IMG/VR virus record: IMGVR_UViG_3300033402_000312 | Reading direction: 5' to 3' (one strand) | Length of the DNA stretch: 64,000 nucleotides | From: a virus | The notes under the pieces: generated by a model | Database searches by the model: none | Told to the model about the DNA's origin: nothing | What the model saw: the letters and a program-made list of their open reading frames with translations, nothing else | Made by a program: the position numbers and the translations under genes | Shown: positions 55,117 to 64,000 of the stretch, piece after piece | Layout: every line of letters begins with the position of its first letter | How positions within the stretch are numbered: position 1 is the stretch's first letter

Positions 55117-55419
55117 ATGCGAAAACCATTCTTGATTTCCAGCGTGCTTGTCGCTGTGCTCCTTGTCCTCTTCGGATGCGAAGACCTGACCGTCGTCCGG
55201 CGCACGCCTGCGGGCGTCCGGCAGGAAACCCGCTCGATGTCGTGCAGCTACCCCGGTTACTGCTACGGCATCGACGGCAAGTTCGGCTTCCACTACGACT
55301 GCGACGGCAGCCGCGACGCGGTCGTGAGCGTCCAAAGCTTTGTCGTCCGCTACAAGAGCGGGCGCATCGACACGGAGGAGCAGGTCACGGTGGTACGCTA
55401 CCTGACGGACTGCAAATGA
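55117..55419 (+). CDS. putative lipoprotein
   Basis: MRKPFLISSVLVAVLLVLFGC. Confidence 0.45.
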   Translation: MRKPFLISSVLVAVLLVLFGCEDLTVVRRTPAGVRQETRSMSCSYPGYCYGIDGKFGFHYDCDGSRDAVVSVQSFVVRYKSGRIDTEEQVTVVRYLTDCK

Positions 55420-55439
55420 GACGATAAACGTGAAACAAG

Positions 55440-55763
55440 TTGCGCTGCGGAGGGGTGATGGTTGCTTTGCCGTTACAGCTAGGTCGCAGGCGTATTTTGA
55501 TCCTCGTCTTGGAAAAGGAGAATCTAGTTCGCCTACAGCTTGCCGATCCGATTGACCTGAAAACAGATGACTACTTTGTTCCTCAGGAGAATGCGGCAGG
55601 CATTGAACTCTTGATTGCCTATGAAGAAGACCTCGAACGGCTATTCGCGCTCTCCAAATCTGGGGGCATCGCGGAGGTCATAAAGCACCTTGAGCGCGGA
55701 CGAACGATCTATGACGGCGAGGCGGTAGGACCGCCCAGAAGATTGAATGAAAGAAAAAACTAA
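55440..55763 (+). CDS. hypothetical protein
   Basis: 107 aa; start uncertain. Confidence 0.3.
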   Translation: MRCGGVMVALPLQLGRRRILILVLEKENLVRLQLADPIDLKTDDYFVPQENAAGIELLIAYEEDLERLFALSKSGGIAEVIKHLERGRTIYDGEAVGPPRRLNERKN

Positions 55764-56074
55764 TGCTAAAACGGATTGAGGACAGTTCCTTCACGTCAGG
55801 CACGCACATCTACTTCCGCAACCTTGGGCATATGAACGGCAGCCGGGGCTACCAGCGGAAGACGAACATCTACGATGTCCTGACCAAGGACAATATCAAG
55901 CTGGGGGAAATTCGCTGGTTTGCCCGCTGGCGGAAGTACTGCTTCTTCCCATGGCGGGATACCGTGTACGAAGAGACGTGCATGCGCGACATATCTCAGT
56001 TCATCGAAGAGGAGACCTCAACCCAACGCAAGGCGGTCGCGAAAAGAAAGGTGGCGAAAGGAGCCAGTGCCTGA
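55763..56074 (+). CDS. hypothetical protein
   Basis: 103 aa. Confidence 0.4.
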   Translation: MLKRIEDSSFTSGTHIYFRNLGHMNGSRGYQRKTNIYDVLTKDNIKLGEIRWFARWRKYCFFPWRDTVYEETCMRDISQFIEEETSTQRKAVAKRKVAKGASA

Positions 56075-56240
56075 GGTGTCGAACGCGTACCGCTGCGACT
56101 ACTGCCATGCGCTCATGGAGCCTATAGAGGAAATCACCGAGCGCTGGCACACGAAGTGGTGCTCCGCCTGCGGGGCCAAGCTTTGGGATGTATTCGTGGG
56201 GGGAGAACATGAAACTGAAGACTCTCAAGAAACTGCTTAG
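56067..56240 (+). CDS. hypothetical zinc-ribbon protein
   Basis: AAAGGAG RBS then GTG 56067; CDYCH...CSACG. Confidence 0.3.
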   Translation: MPEVSNAYRCDYCHALMEPIEEITERWHTKWCSACGAKLWDVFVGGEHETEDSQETA

Positions 56241-56436
56241 CGAGCTTCCCGCCGAGTTCGACGAGAAAAACGTCGTCCTGTCCGCCGACGCCGAAGGAAA
56301 CGGTTTCAGCGCCTTGGCGGACGTGGGCACGTGCTGCATGAAAAAAGAGAAAAACAGTTGCTTTTTCGACATGGTGTGGAACGAAGACGGCGAGACCCAG
56401 CCGAAAGCGAACACCGTTGTCCTGTGGCCCGTATAG
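56209..56436 (+). CDS. hypothetical protein
   Basis: GGGGAG RBS; 75 aa. Confidence 0.35.
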   Translation: MKLKTLKKLLSELPAEFDEKNVVLSADAEGNGFSALADVGTCCMKKEKNSCFFDMVWNEDGETQPKANTVVLWPV

Positions 56437-56442
56437 CCGAGC

Positions 56443-56472
56443 CGGACATTTTCCCTTCCTTTGCTGTATACT
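56443..56472 (+). promoter_or_regulatory. conserved promoter motif CGGACA-N18-TATACT
   Basis: cggaca 56443-56448; tgTATACT ending 56472; ATG 56497 follows. Confidence 0.5.
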
Positions 56473-56496
56473 GGGGATGCGAAGAAGGGAAGGCTA

Positions 56497-58808
56497 ATGA
56501 AATTCGAATCCGAGAAGTCACCCACCGCGACATCCGGCATGCAGCCGAGCCGGGCTTTCCATTTCGAATTCAACGCAACGATGTTCAAGATGCTGTCCAG
56601 CACCACGTACTCGGACCCCATCCGCGCCATCATCCGCGAGCTTGCCTGCAACTCCTCCGACGCGCACGAGATGGCTGGAACCAACGGCAAGCCCTTCGAA
56701 ATTCACCTGCCCACAATCCATGAGCCTGAGTTCATCATCCGCGACTACGGCACGGGGATGAACGACGGGGAGATCAACGACCTCTTCACCATGTACGGCG
56801 GGTCGAACAAGCGCGGCGACAACCGCACCATCGGCGCTCTCGGCATCGGCTCCAAGTCCCCCTACGCGTACACCCAGATGTACAACGTGACGGCTACCAA
56901 GGACGGCGTCACGCGCACCTACGTCGCGCACGTCGAGAACGGGATGCCGCGCCTTACACCGGACAAGGTCTACGAGACGCCGGACGCGCCCAACAGCGTG
57001 ACCGTGCAGTTCCCGGTCAAGGAAGGCGACATTTGGGAGTTCGAGAACAAGGCGAAGATCGCGCTCGAATTCTTCGAACCCCTGCCGAGGGTCAACGTCC
57101 CCGGCTTCGTCCCGCACAAGCAAAGCTACATCCTCCGGGGCAAATTGTGGGGACTCCGCAGGGAAGCGCGGACGGCAGCGCACGGCTACACCTGCCGCGC
57201 CATCATGGGCAAGGTGCAATACCAAGTCGGCGGCATCGACGAGTCCCGCACCAATTCTTTGCAACGCAAGATTCTGGACATGCCCATCGACATGTTCTTC
57301 GCCCTCGGCGAACTGGAATTCGCGACGAGCCGCGAGACGCTCCAGCTTTCCGAAAAGACGGTCGCCGCCATCCTAGCGATGTGCGACAAGATCGTCGAGG
57401 AATCCATCCAGAGCGTTAAGGACAAGATCGACGCCTGCCAGCACGTATGGGAGGCGCAGGTTCTCCTGTTTTCGCTGATAAACCAAACGTCCAACTCCGT
57501 CAGCGGGAACGGCATGAGCGCCCTCATCCGCGAGGCGCTTGACAAAGGCAAGCTGTACGGCAAGTACAAGAACTTCGACTTGTCCGAGTCGAAGGCAGTC
57601 ATCAACATGCTGGCGTACAGCCACATCAGCGTGACCAAGTTCGAGCGCAACGCCAGCAGCCGGAGGCGTTCCACGAAGGTACCTTTTATTTCGACGGACG
57701 CCAAGACCCTGCGCGACGACAAGGCAGCAGCCAAGGCTACCGGAGACCCGCTGGTGATCGCCCGCAACCGCTACGAAATCACCGTCAAGCCGGACGTGCT
57801 ATTCGTGATCAACGATACGAAATACCCCGGCGACAAGTACGTTCACATGCACGTCCAGGAGTCGCCCGCCAACCATACTTTTCGCGAAGTCTACCTGATT
57901 CACAAGCCGAAAAGCGAGCCGGGCACCGACCTTGCCCTGACGGTCAACAACGCCAAGAAGCTGATCGCCCATATCGGCAACCCCCCGGTCAAGCTGATGT
58001 CCGAACTGGTCGCCGCCTATGCTCCCATCTTCGCGCAGCGCCGCTCGGCAGGCTCCTCGTCCAAGGCGCGGCAGATTGCCGTGCTGGTGGACGAGATCGG
58101 TCACCGCCGCCGCTACAACCAGAAAGGCTGGGGAAAGGCGTGGCGCTCCCCGAGCGAAGAAGAGATCGCCGCTCCCGGCAAGAAGTATTACGTCGCCATC
58201 GAAAAGCTGGTCGCGGTTAGCGCTAGGTTTGACGATGCTTGGGATTTGCGCGAGTTCGTGGACATGGTCGCCGCGTCCGGCAAGTTCGGCATCGACCGCA
58301 ACACGCCAATCTACGGCGTGAAGCACAACCACAAGGTGCTCAAGGAAAACAACGGCGAATGGGTCGAGCTTGTCCACCATGTGTACAGGCGCGTGGGCGA
58401 GATCATGACGCCGGAAAAGACCATGGCTGCCAGCCTGTACCTGACGCCGTTCAACGACGACCTGCTCGACCTGCTGAACCACCTTGCATCGAAGCAGCCG
58501 CTTGCCAACTCGCCGTTGCAGATGTTCGCGGTGGCGCTGTCCGAGGCGAAGAGCTACAAGATCGACAACTGTGGAGCAGCCTCAAGTGGGTGCTCGATTT
58601 TTGCGCCCGGCGCGGCAAGTACACCGAGGGCAAGACCGTGGACTTCAACGAGAAGTTCATGCAGGTCAAAGCGATGTACCCCATGCTCCAGTTCGTGGGA
58701 AGCTACAGCCTCCGCAGCAACCTCAAGACCTTGGTAGACTACATCCGGCAAGTGGACGAGCAAAATTTCAGGGAAGCCGTTTGCTTTGCGGCGGCATCCA
58801 ACCAATAG
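56497..58808 (+). CDS. GHKL/HATPase_c-domain ATPase (rIIA-like); 3' end requires a -1 frame change near 58565
   Basis: N-box IRELACNSSDAH, G-boxes IIRDYGTGMNDGE...GALGIGSKSPYAY; frame A runs to 58737 but becomes low-complexity after ...KSYKIDN, while frame -1 continues as LWSSLKWVLDF...AASNQ to 58808. Confidence 0.55.
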
Positions 58809-58819
58809 GAGAAAGAGCC

Positions 58820-60181
58820 ATGTCACTAAGCTACGCTTTGAAGGGAAACAACCTGTCGGTCGCTGTGACCGACAAAGAGACCGGGCTGCCCGTGTGGAGG
58901 ACGATGCACTCCTCGCACGTATCGTTCAAGAGCATTGTCCGCGCCCTCAAGAGGGGCGACGACGCCAAGGCGCTCCGGCTGTTCGACACGGCGCAGCTTA
59001 TCGCCGACAAGTCGCAGGGGCGCGTGCAGGTGCGGAAGGACGGCGTCTACTACAACGGCACCAAGATCGACAACTCCCTGACCGTCCGCATCCTCCGGCT
59101 TATCCGCGAGGGCAAGCCCGTGAGCCACATGCTCAAGTTCATGGACAGGCTCTACCAGAACCCCTCGCAGGCGGCCATCGACGAACTGTACGACTGGCTG
59201 AACGGCTGCAAGCTGCCGATCACCGACGACGGGCGCTTCGTCGCGTACCGCCGCGTCAAGAGCAACTACAAGGACTGCCACACGGGCACCATCGACAACA
59301 GCCCCGGTCAGATCGTCTTCATGAAGCGCTCCGACGTGTGCCCCGACCGCCGCAACACGTGCGCACAAGGCTTGCACTTCTGCTCCGTCGCGTACCTGCC
59401 GAGTTACCCCGGCGACCGCGTCATGCAAGTGGTCGTTGACCCCGCCGACGTCGTGAGCATCCCGAGCGACTGCGAGTACACCAAGGGCCGCACGTGGCAG
59501 TACGAAGTCGTGAAGGAAATCCCCCGCGAGCAGATCACCGACTTGCTCGACCGGGGCATGGACATCGACGATTACCGCGTCTCCGTCTACAGCATCGCCA
59601 GCGACCGCAAGAAGCTGGTCGCGGACATTCTTGCGCTGCCCATGGTCAAGTCCATGTTGCGCAAGGCGAAGAAAGTCCGCCGCATGAAGCGCGGTCGCAA
59701 GGCAAAGAGCGTCGCATTCCTCGTCTCCGAGCGCAGCATCCGCAAGATGACCTACGGGCGGCTCGTGAGCCTGTACAAGGTGTACGCGCCGCCTGAGCCG
59801 ACTACGCTCTCGCAAGGCATGTTCTTCGACCCGGTCACTGAGCAGAACCGCCTGTTCACAATGCGGAAGTCCTACGGCTTCTCTCGCGGTCAGGTCGCTG
59901 ACCAAATGAAGGTGAGCTACGGCACTGTCGCCAGATACGAGTCGGCGGTTTCGCTGCCGCAGGCAACCATCGACGAATACCTTGACGCCATCATGTGCCT
60001 GTCGCGCCTCGGCGCAACCGACCAGACCGGGCTGTCGCTCCCGAAGCCCACGCAGAAAACGAGTGCGGCTGCGGCTGACGGCGGCTCACTCAATGACGTA
60101 CCGGAAAGCGACGCGCCGGAAAGCTGGACGGTGGACAACGACGAAGAAGAGATCGACGAGTTCGGCTACGAGGATGCCTGA
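58820..60181 (+). CDS. hypothetical protein with C-terminal XRE-type HTH (possible rIIB-like partner)
   Basis: AGGAGAAAGAG RBS; conserved-looking core NPSQAAIDELYDWL...DNSPGQIVFM...CAQGLHFCS...DRVMQVVVDPADVVSIP; C-term GQVADQMKVSYGTVARYE. Confidence 0.45.
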   Translation: MSLSYALKGNNLSVAVTDKETGLPVWRTMHSSHVSFKSIVRALKRGDDAKALRLFDTAQLIADKSQGRVQVRKDGVYYNGTKIDNSLTVRILRLIREGKPVSHMLKFMDRLYQNPSQAAIDELYDWLNGCKLPITDDGRFVAYRRVKSNYKDCHTGTIDNSPGQIVFMKRSDVCPDRRNTCAQGLHFCSVAYLPSYPGDRVMQVVVDPADVVSIPSDCEYTKGRTWQYEVVKEIPREQITDLLDRGMDIDDYRVSVYSIASDRKKLVADILALPMVKSMLRKAKKVRRMKRGRKAKSVAFLVSERSIRKMTYGRLVSLYKVYAPPEPTTLSQGMFFDPVTEQNRLFTMRKSYGFSRGQVADQMKVSYGTVARYESAVSLPQATIDEYLDAIMCLSRLGATDQTGLSLPKPTQKTSAAAADGGSLNDVPESDAPESWTVDNDEEEIDEFGYEDA

Positions 60182-60340
60182 ACGGAATAGGGGCACCTTC
60201 CCTTCTTCGCAGAGAGGAAATGCCCTTGTAGCCGGGAAGCTTGAGGCGGGCTGTTTCGGGAAGACCACATTCTCTAAATGCCTGACAAGGGTTTCCCGGC
60301 TTTGTTTCCTACAAGTCGTTGATTATTGGGCACATAAAAC

Positions 60341-60370
60341 TGGACATTTGGCGCATCCAATCTGTATACT
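60341..60370 (+). promoter_or_regulatory. conserved promoter motif TGGACA-N18-TATACT
   Basis: tggaca 60341-60346; tgTATACT ending 60370; upstream cacataaaa box shared with the 18237 copy. Confidence 0.55.
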
Positions 60371-60390
60371 ACGGATGGAGGAAAAGAGGC

Positions 60391-61428
60391 ATGGCAAAAG
60401 CAAAGAAAAGCACCCACACCAGCGGTATCCCGAAGGGCTTCGATTCGCACGGCTCCGGCTCCGTGGGCGAACCCGCGAAGCAGAATCCCACCGACGTCGC
60501 CGCGAAGCTGGCGGACATGCTGAAACAGTCGGCTGCGCAAGAACACGGCGACGTGAACGTTGACACCAATGTCCCGGTGAAGAAGATCGCTGGCGGCAAG
60601 GCGACGTGGGCAGGTGTCATGGAACTGCCAAACGGCAGCGGCGGCGTCCTCGCGAAGTTTGCGGTCAAGACCTGCAAAGCCGTTGACACCGAAAAGTTTG
60701 AGCGGCACATGTACCACAGCGCTGAATGCAAGCACCGCGCCGAGCGCGGCGACATGGTCTGCTCCGGCTGCGGAGCGAAGGGGCTAAACGAGTACAACGT
60801 CGTGAAGGGCGTCGAGTTGGACGGCGAAGTCATCCTGATCTCCGACGAAGAACTGGCTGCGCTCGTCCCGCAAAACGAAAAGACGATGCGCATCACCGAG
60901 TTTGTGGACGGCACCGAGATCGACCCGATCTACCTCGAAGAAACCGAATTCCTGTACCCCCAAGAAGAGAAGAAGAGCAAGGCTGCGCAGTTGACGTTCG
61001 CCGTCCTCGGCGACACGCTCCGTGGCACCGGGAAAGTCGCGAAGGGCGTGCGCGTGAAGCGCGGCAAAGAGCAATACTTCGTCGTCCGCCCCTACGGGGC
61101 GAACGGTCTGACCATCAACATGCTTCACGCCGAGTACGAAGTACGCGACGCTTCCAGCCTGTGGCTCGCGGTTGAAGCTCCGCGCGAAATGGTCGAAATG
61201 ATGATGGCTCTCATCGAGACGCCGGAACTGACCAAGCCGTTCACCCCGGCGAAGCGCGACCAGTACCTAGCGAACGCGAACAAGCTGGTCGCCGACAAGC
61301 GGGCCGGCATCAAGACCGAGTGCCCGACCCCCGAGCCGGAGCAGAAGGGCACGGACAATTTGCTGGAGAAGCTCATGGCGGCGGTTGCGACAAACGCAGC
61401 GGCGAAAGCTGCCAAGGCTGGCAAGTAA
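60391..61428 (+). CDS. ku: Ku-like DNA end-binding protein
   Basis: KATWAGVMELPNGSGGVLAKFAVKT and ISDEELAALVPQNEKTMRITEFVDGTEIDPIYLEETEFLYP resemble bacterial Ku core. Confidence 0.55.
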   Translation: MAKAKKSTHTSGIPKGFDSHGSGSVGEPAKQNPTDVAAKLADMLKQSAAQEHGDVNVDTNVPVKKIAGGKATWAGVMELPNGSGGVLAKFAVKTCKAVDTEKFERHMYHSAECKHRAERGDMVCSGCGAKGLNEYNVVKGVELDGEVILISDEELAALVPQNEKTMRITEFVDGTEIDPIYLEETEFLYPQEEKKSKAAQLTFAVLGDTLRGTGKVAKGVRVKRGKEQYFVVRPYGANGLTINMLHAEYEVRDASSLWLAVEAPREMVEMMMALIETPELTKPFTPAKRDQYLANANKLVADKRAGIKTECPTPEPEQKGTDNLLEKLMAAVATNAAAKAAKAGK

Positions 61429-61597
61429 CAGCAGTTAAGGCTGGCTGAAAAGGCGCACAGGAGGCGTATGTTTCATCTAACTTTCGCCATCTTCACGCTG
61501 GCGGGAATCGTCCTGTGGACGAAGAACCATAAGGGCTGGGCGGTGCTGTGCTTTGTCATTGCTGTCTTGATTTTGCTCTAGCCCTTGGGATAGCTCT

Positions 61598-61837
61598 GTG
61601 GGAATCGTGATTGAGACAGAGGTCACTGACCGTGAGTTGGAGATCATCCGCCTGCTTCTGCAATACAAATCCTACGAGGATATTGCGGAAAGGCTGGGGG
61701 TTACCAAACGAACGATCAAGTGGAATATGGCGAATATCTACCGCAAACTGAACTTCAAGTCTCTAAACTTTTCGCCCTATGAGTACCGGGTGGCGTTGCT
61801 GCGTTGGGCGATACAAAACAACGTCGTGAAGGAATGA
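61598..61837 (+). CDS. LuxR/GerE-family HTH transcriptional regulator
   Basis: ELEIIRLLLQYKSYEDIAERLGVTKRTIKWNMANIYRKL. Confidence 0.6.
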   Translation: MGIVIETEVTDRELEIIRLLLQYKSYEDIAERLGVTKRTIKWNMANIYRKLNFKSLNFSPYEYRVALLRWAIQNNVVKE

Positions 61838-61863
61838 ACTTACTCTCAAAGGAGAAAACTGAT

Positions 61864-63063
61864 ATGAAAAAGCTTTTCCTCTCTCTGTTGCCTATTGCTT
61901 TGCTTCTCTCAGGATGCCACGTTGCGCCGACTCCCCCGGCACCAGTGGGGACTCTGAAGATCGACACGACCACAGTTCCCCCCGCGACACAGGGGCAGTC
62001 CTACTCGACGCCTCTGGTCTCGGAGGGCGGCACCCCGCCGATTACGTGGTCAGGCGGGTCGGGCCTGCCACCGGGGGTGGGGGTGGTCCCGGCTGGGTAT
62101 GTCACGACCAGCGGGCTGCCTCTCTCGGCAGCGGTCGGGGCTTACCCGTTCTCAATAGCGGCTACTGACTCCGCGACTGCCCCAAACAATCAGCAGACAG
62201 CCACGCAGAGCCTCACGCTCCAAGTAAACCCGGCTACGCTGGTAATCACGTCTTCTGGAACCCTGACAGCCGGGCAGCAGGGAGTCGCATACTCGACGAC
62301 GTTTGTTGCGACCGGGGGGACGGGGGCCGATACGTGGTCTGTTGCCACAGGCTCAACCCTGCCGACAGGCATGTCACTGACTGCTGCTGGGGCTTTGACA
62401 GGAAGCCCTGCCGCTTACGGGCAGTACACGTTTACGATCCAAGCCAAGGATTCGGGGTCGCCTGCCCAGACAGCGACGCTGGCTTGCAGTTGGACGGTGA
62501 ACCCTGCGACTCTTGCGATCACCACGACTTCGCTTCCCCCGGCAACTGCCGGTGTGGCATACAGCGTTCAACTGACTGCCACTGGCGGGGTGACACCGTA
62601 CACTTGGTCGATCACCAGCGGGACTCTGCCGACCGGAATCGCGCTGTCTTCCAGTGGCTTGCTCTCTGGAACGCCGACTGCGACAGGGACATTCAGTCTG
62701 GTTATCCAGGTGCAGGACTCTGGAACCACATTCTCCGGGAAGCAAAACGCCCAAGTCCACACGGTTGACATATCTTGGGTTGCCCCGGTTTCTTCGCCGA
62801 CCCCTGTGACCAACTTCAATGTCTACGCCGAGGTTGCCCCGGCGACCTCAGGGAAGAAAGTCGGTCAAGTCCCTGTGACTCAGACGGTCTACACAGACCT
62901 TGAGGAAGAGTCTTTGAAGGTGACTTACTGGGTCACGTCCTACAACTCAACTTTGAATCTGGAATCGGTTCCGTCAAACACCGTGACAACGACAATCCCG
63001 GTCTCGGTTGCGTCGCCTGACGGACTTTCCCCGACAATCACAAGCGTGCAGACGACTACATAA
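61864..63063 (+). CDS. lipoprotein with four putative-Ig (He_PIG-like) repeats
   Basis: MKKLFLSLLPIALLLSGC lipobox; repeats ...GxxYSxxLxAxGGxxPxTWSxxxGxLPxGxxLxxxGxLxGTP. Confidence 0.55.
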   Translation: MKKLFLSLLPIALLLSGCHVAPTPPAPVGTLKIDTTTVPPATQGQSYSTPLVSEGGTPPITWSGGSGLPPGVGVVPAGYVTTSGLPLSAAVGAYPFSIAATDSATAPNNQQTATQSLTLQVNPATLVITSSGTLTAGQQGVAYSTTFVATGGTGADTWSVATGSTLPTGMSLTAAGALTGSPAAYGQYTFTIQAKDSGSPAQTATLACSWTVNPATLAITTTSLPPATAGVAYSVQLTATGGVTPYTWSITSGTLPTGIALSSSGLLSGTPTATGTFSLVIQVQDSGTTFSGKQNAQVHTVDISWVAPVSSPTPVTNFNVYAEVAPATSGKKVGQVPVTQTVYTDLEEESLKVTYWVTSYNSTLNLESVPSNTVTTTIPVSVASPDGLSPTITSVQTTT

Positions 63064-63092
63064 CGAGAACGATTTCAAGGGGCGATCTTTGG

Positions 63093-63308
63093 TTGACCAA
63101 GGGTCGCCCCGGAGGCACAATGACGGAAGCCAAGCAAAACCTGCCGACCCTGCACCCCGACGAACTGGCGGAACTCCAGCGCATCGCCGGGCGCAGCCTC
63201 ACTAACGACGAGGCGCAACTGCTGCTGCGGAAAATCACAATCGAAGCGGCCTTCAACGCATGGCTTCTCGAAGAGAAGTGCGGAAAAATCAATAGGGAGA
63301 GCCTCTGA
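63093..63308 (+). CDS. hypothetical protein
   Basis: 71 aa. Confidence 0.3.
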   Translation: MTKGRPGGTMTEAKQNLPTLHPDELAELQRIAGRSLTNDEAQLLLRKITIEAAFNAWLLEEKCGKINRESL

Positions 63309-63808
63309 TGCCTTGGTATCGCATATTCGCCAACCATGGACCGGGGCATCAGTCCAGCACCGAGTTTTACTGCTGGTACGAGAAGCCTCTTGACACGAAA
63401 GAAAAGCGGAAAGAAGCGTGGGAAACCGCATTCGACGACGTACGCTATGACTGGCCCATCGGCGACGTGGAACTGGTGGACAAGCTGCCGCAGCATATCC
63501 ATGACGAAAAGATCGCGTCTTTTCAATTGGACATCGCGCACGCGTACAAGATGCTGGGCGTACTCAAAGACACGCTGACCAAGCCCGTGATCTGCGTGCG
63601 CTTTGAGGTCGTGCCGGGCGGCGAGAACGGATACCAAGCGCGGCTGATGGACAAGCCGGACGTCGTCGGCCCGATCAAGCCGAAGAGAGACGAAGCCGTG
63701 GACGCGCTGCTGGCGGTGTTTCGCCGGGAGAATCGCAAGGTTTTCAAGGCGAAGAAAGGCGCAACCCGCTATTCACGTAGAAGCGACTACGCGGTGATAG
63801 CCCGGTGA
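63308..63808 (+). CDS. hypothetical protein
   Basis: ATGA overlap; 166 aa. Confidence 0.4.
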   Translation: MPWYRIFANHGPGHQSSTEFYCWYEKPLDTKEKRKEAWETAFDDVRYDWPIGDVELVDKLPQHIHDEKIASFQLDIAHAYKMLGVLKDTLTKPVICVRFEVVPGGENGYQARLMDKPDVVGPIKPKRDEAVDALLAVFRRENRKVFKAKKGATRYSRRSDYAVIAR

Positions 63809-63830
63809 TGCAGGAAGGAGAGGAGAAATT

Positions 63831-64000
63831 ATGTTGATCGAGTTCGAGAAAGGAAAGTTTCAGTCCGGGCCAGCGGATATTCTCTGCATTCTCAAATTTC
63901 CGGCAGGCACGTTTCACGTTGCCTTTTTCGAGGAGAATCCGTTTCCCGGCCCGATCAAAAAACTCGAAGAGTGCGACGTGCTCCGACTGAAGAGCAAGAT
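63831..64000 (+). CDS. hypothetical protein (3' truncated by window end)
   Basis: GGAAGGAGAGGAG RBS then ATG 63831. Confidence 0.35.
   Translation, partial: MLIEFEKGKFQSGPADILCILKFPAGTFHVAFFEENPFPGPIKKLEECDVLRLKSK

Overview
This 64-kb window is a high-GC (roughly 60%) stretch of densely packed, short genes. All but one lie on the plus strand, and many are linked by ATGA/TGATG stop-start overlaps. I read the content as the accessory or early region of a very large (jumbo) phage or a similar mobile element: tRNA arrays, free-standing GIY-YIG/HNH/Endo VII-type homing endonucleases sitting in low-GC islets, a DNA ligase, a Ku homolog, an rIIA-like GHKL ATPase, and many small zinc-ribbon ORFs. 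No capsid, tail or packaging genes are visible in the window.

I could annotate 22 tRNAs by hand. They sit in two clusters (20.0-20.8 kb and 39.8-44.6 kb) and are grouped by amino acid: five Ser, all six Arg anticodon types, three or four Lys, two Asn, plus Gln, Trp, Leu and His. The tRNA-His has an encoded G-1 and lies just downstream of a frameshifted hisS-like remnant. One type II tRNA has the odd anticodon UAU.

A 12-unit degenerate CRISPR-like array runs from 46869 to 47554. Its repeats are type I-C-like (a hairpin followed by a conserved 3' TGGGTTGAAAC), it has an AT-rich leader, and there are no cas genes in the window.

The unexpected proteins are:
- an 810-aa ORF that aligns end-to-end with the eukaryotic major vault protein (30843-33275);
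- a proteasomal-type AAA ATPase (coiled coil, OB fold, AAA; PAN/Mpa-like) followed by a Pup-like 68-aa ORF that is translationally coupled to a Cys-rich ORF (4072-6248);
- a NitT/TauT-type ABC importer whose substrate-binding protein is fused to an OmpA-like domain (10478-15003);
- an HD-domain (p)ppGpp hydrolase-like protein, a methionine aminopeptidase and an FMN reductase-like flavoprotein;
- an outer-membrane beta-barrel-like protein and several lipoproteins, which point to a diderm (Gram-negative) host.

A conserved promoter motif, (T/C)GGACA-N18-TATACT, recurs at least four to five times upstream of genes. Two near-consensus sigma70-type promoters (TTGACA-N17-TACTAT) are each followed by a structured leader and an intrinsic terminator just before a tRNA cluster; these look like promoter-sRNA-terminator units.

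All coordinates and calls come from reading the sequence and the ORF track by eye. tRNA anticodon assignments, homology calls and start codons are inferences, and confidences are set accordingly.
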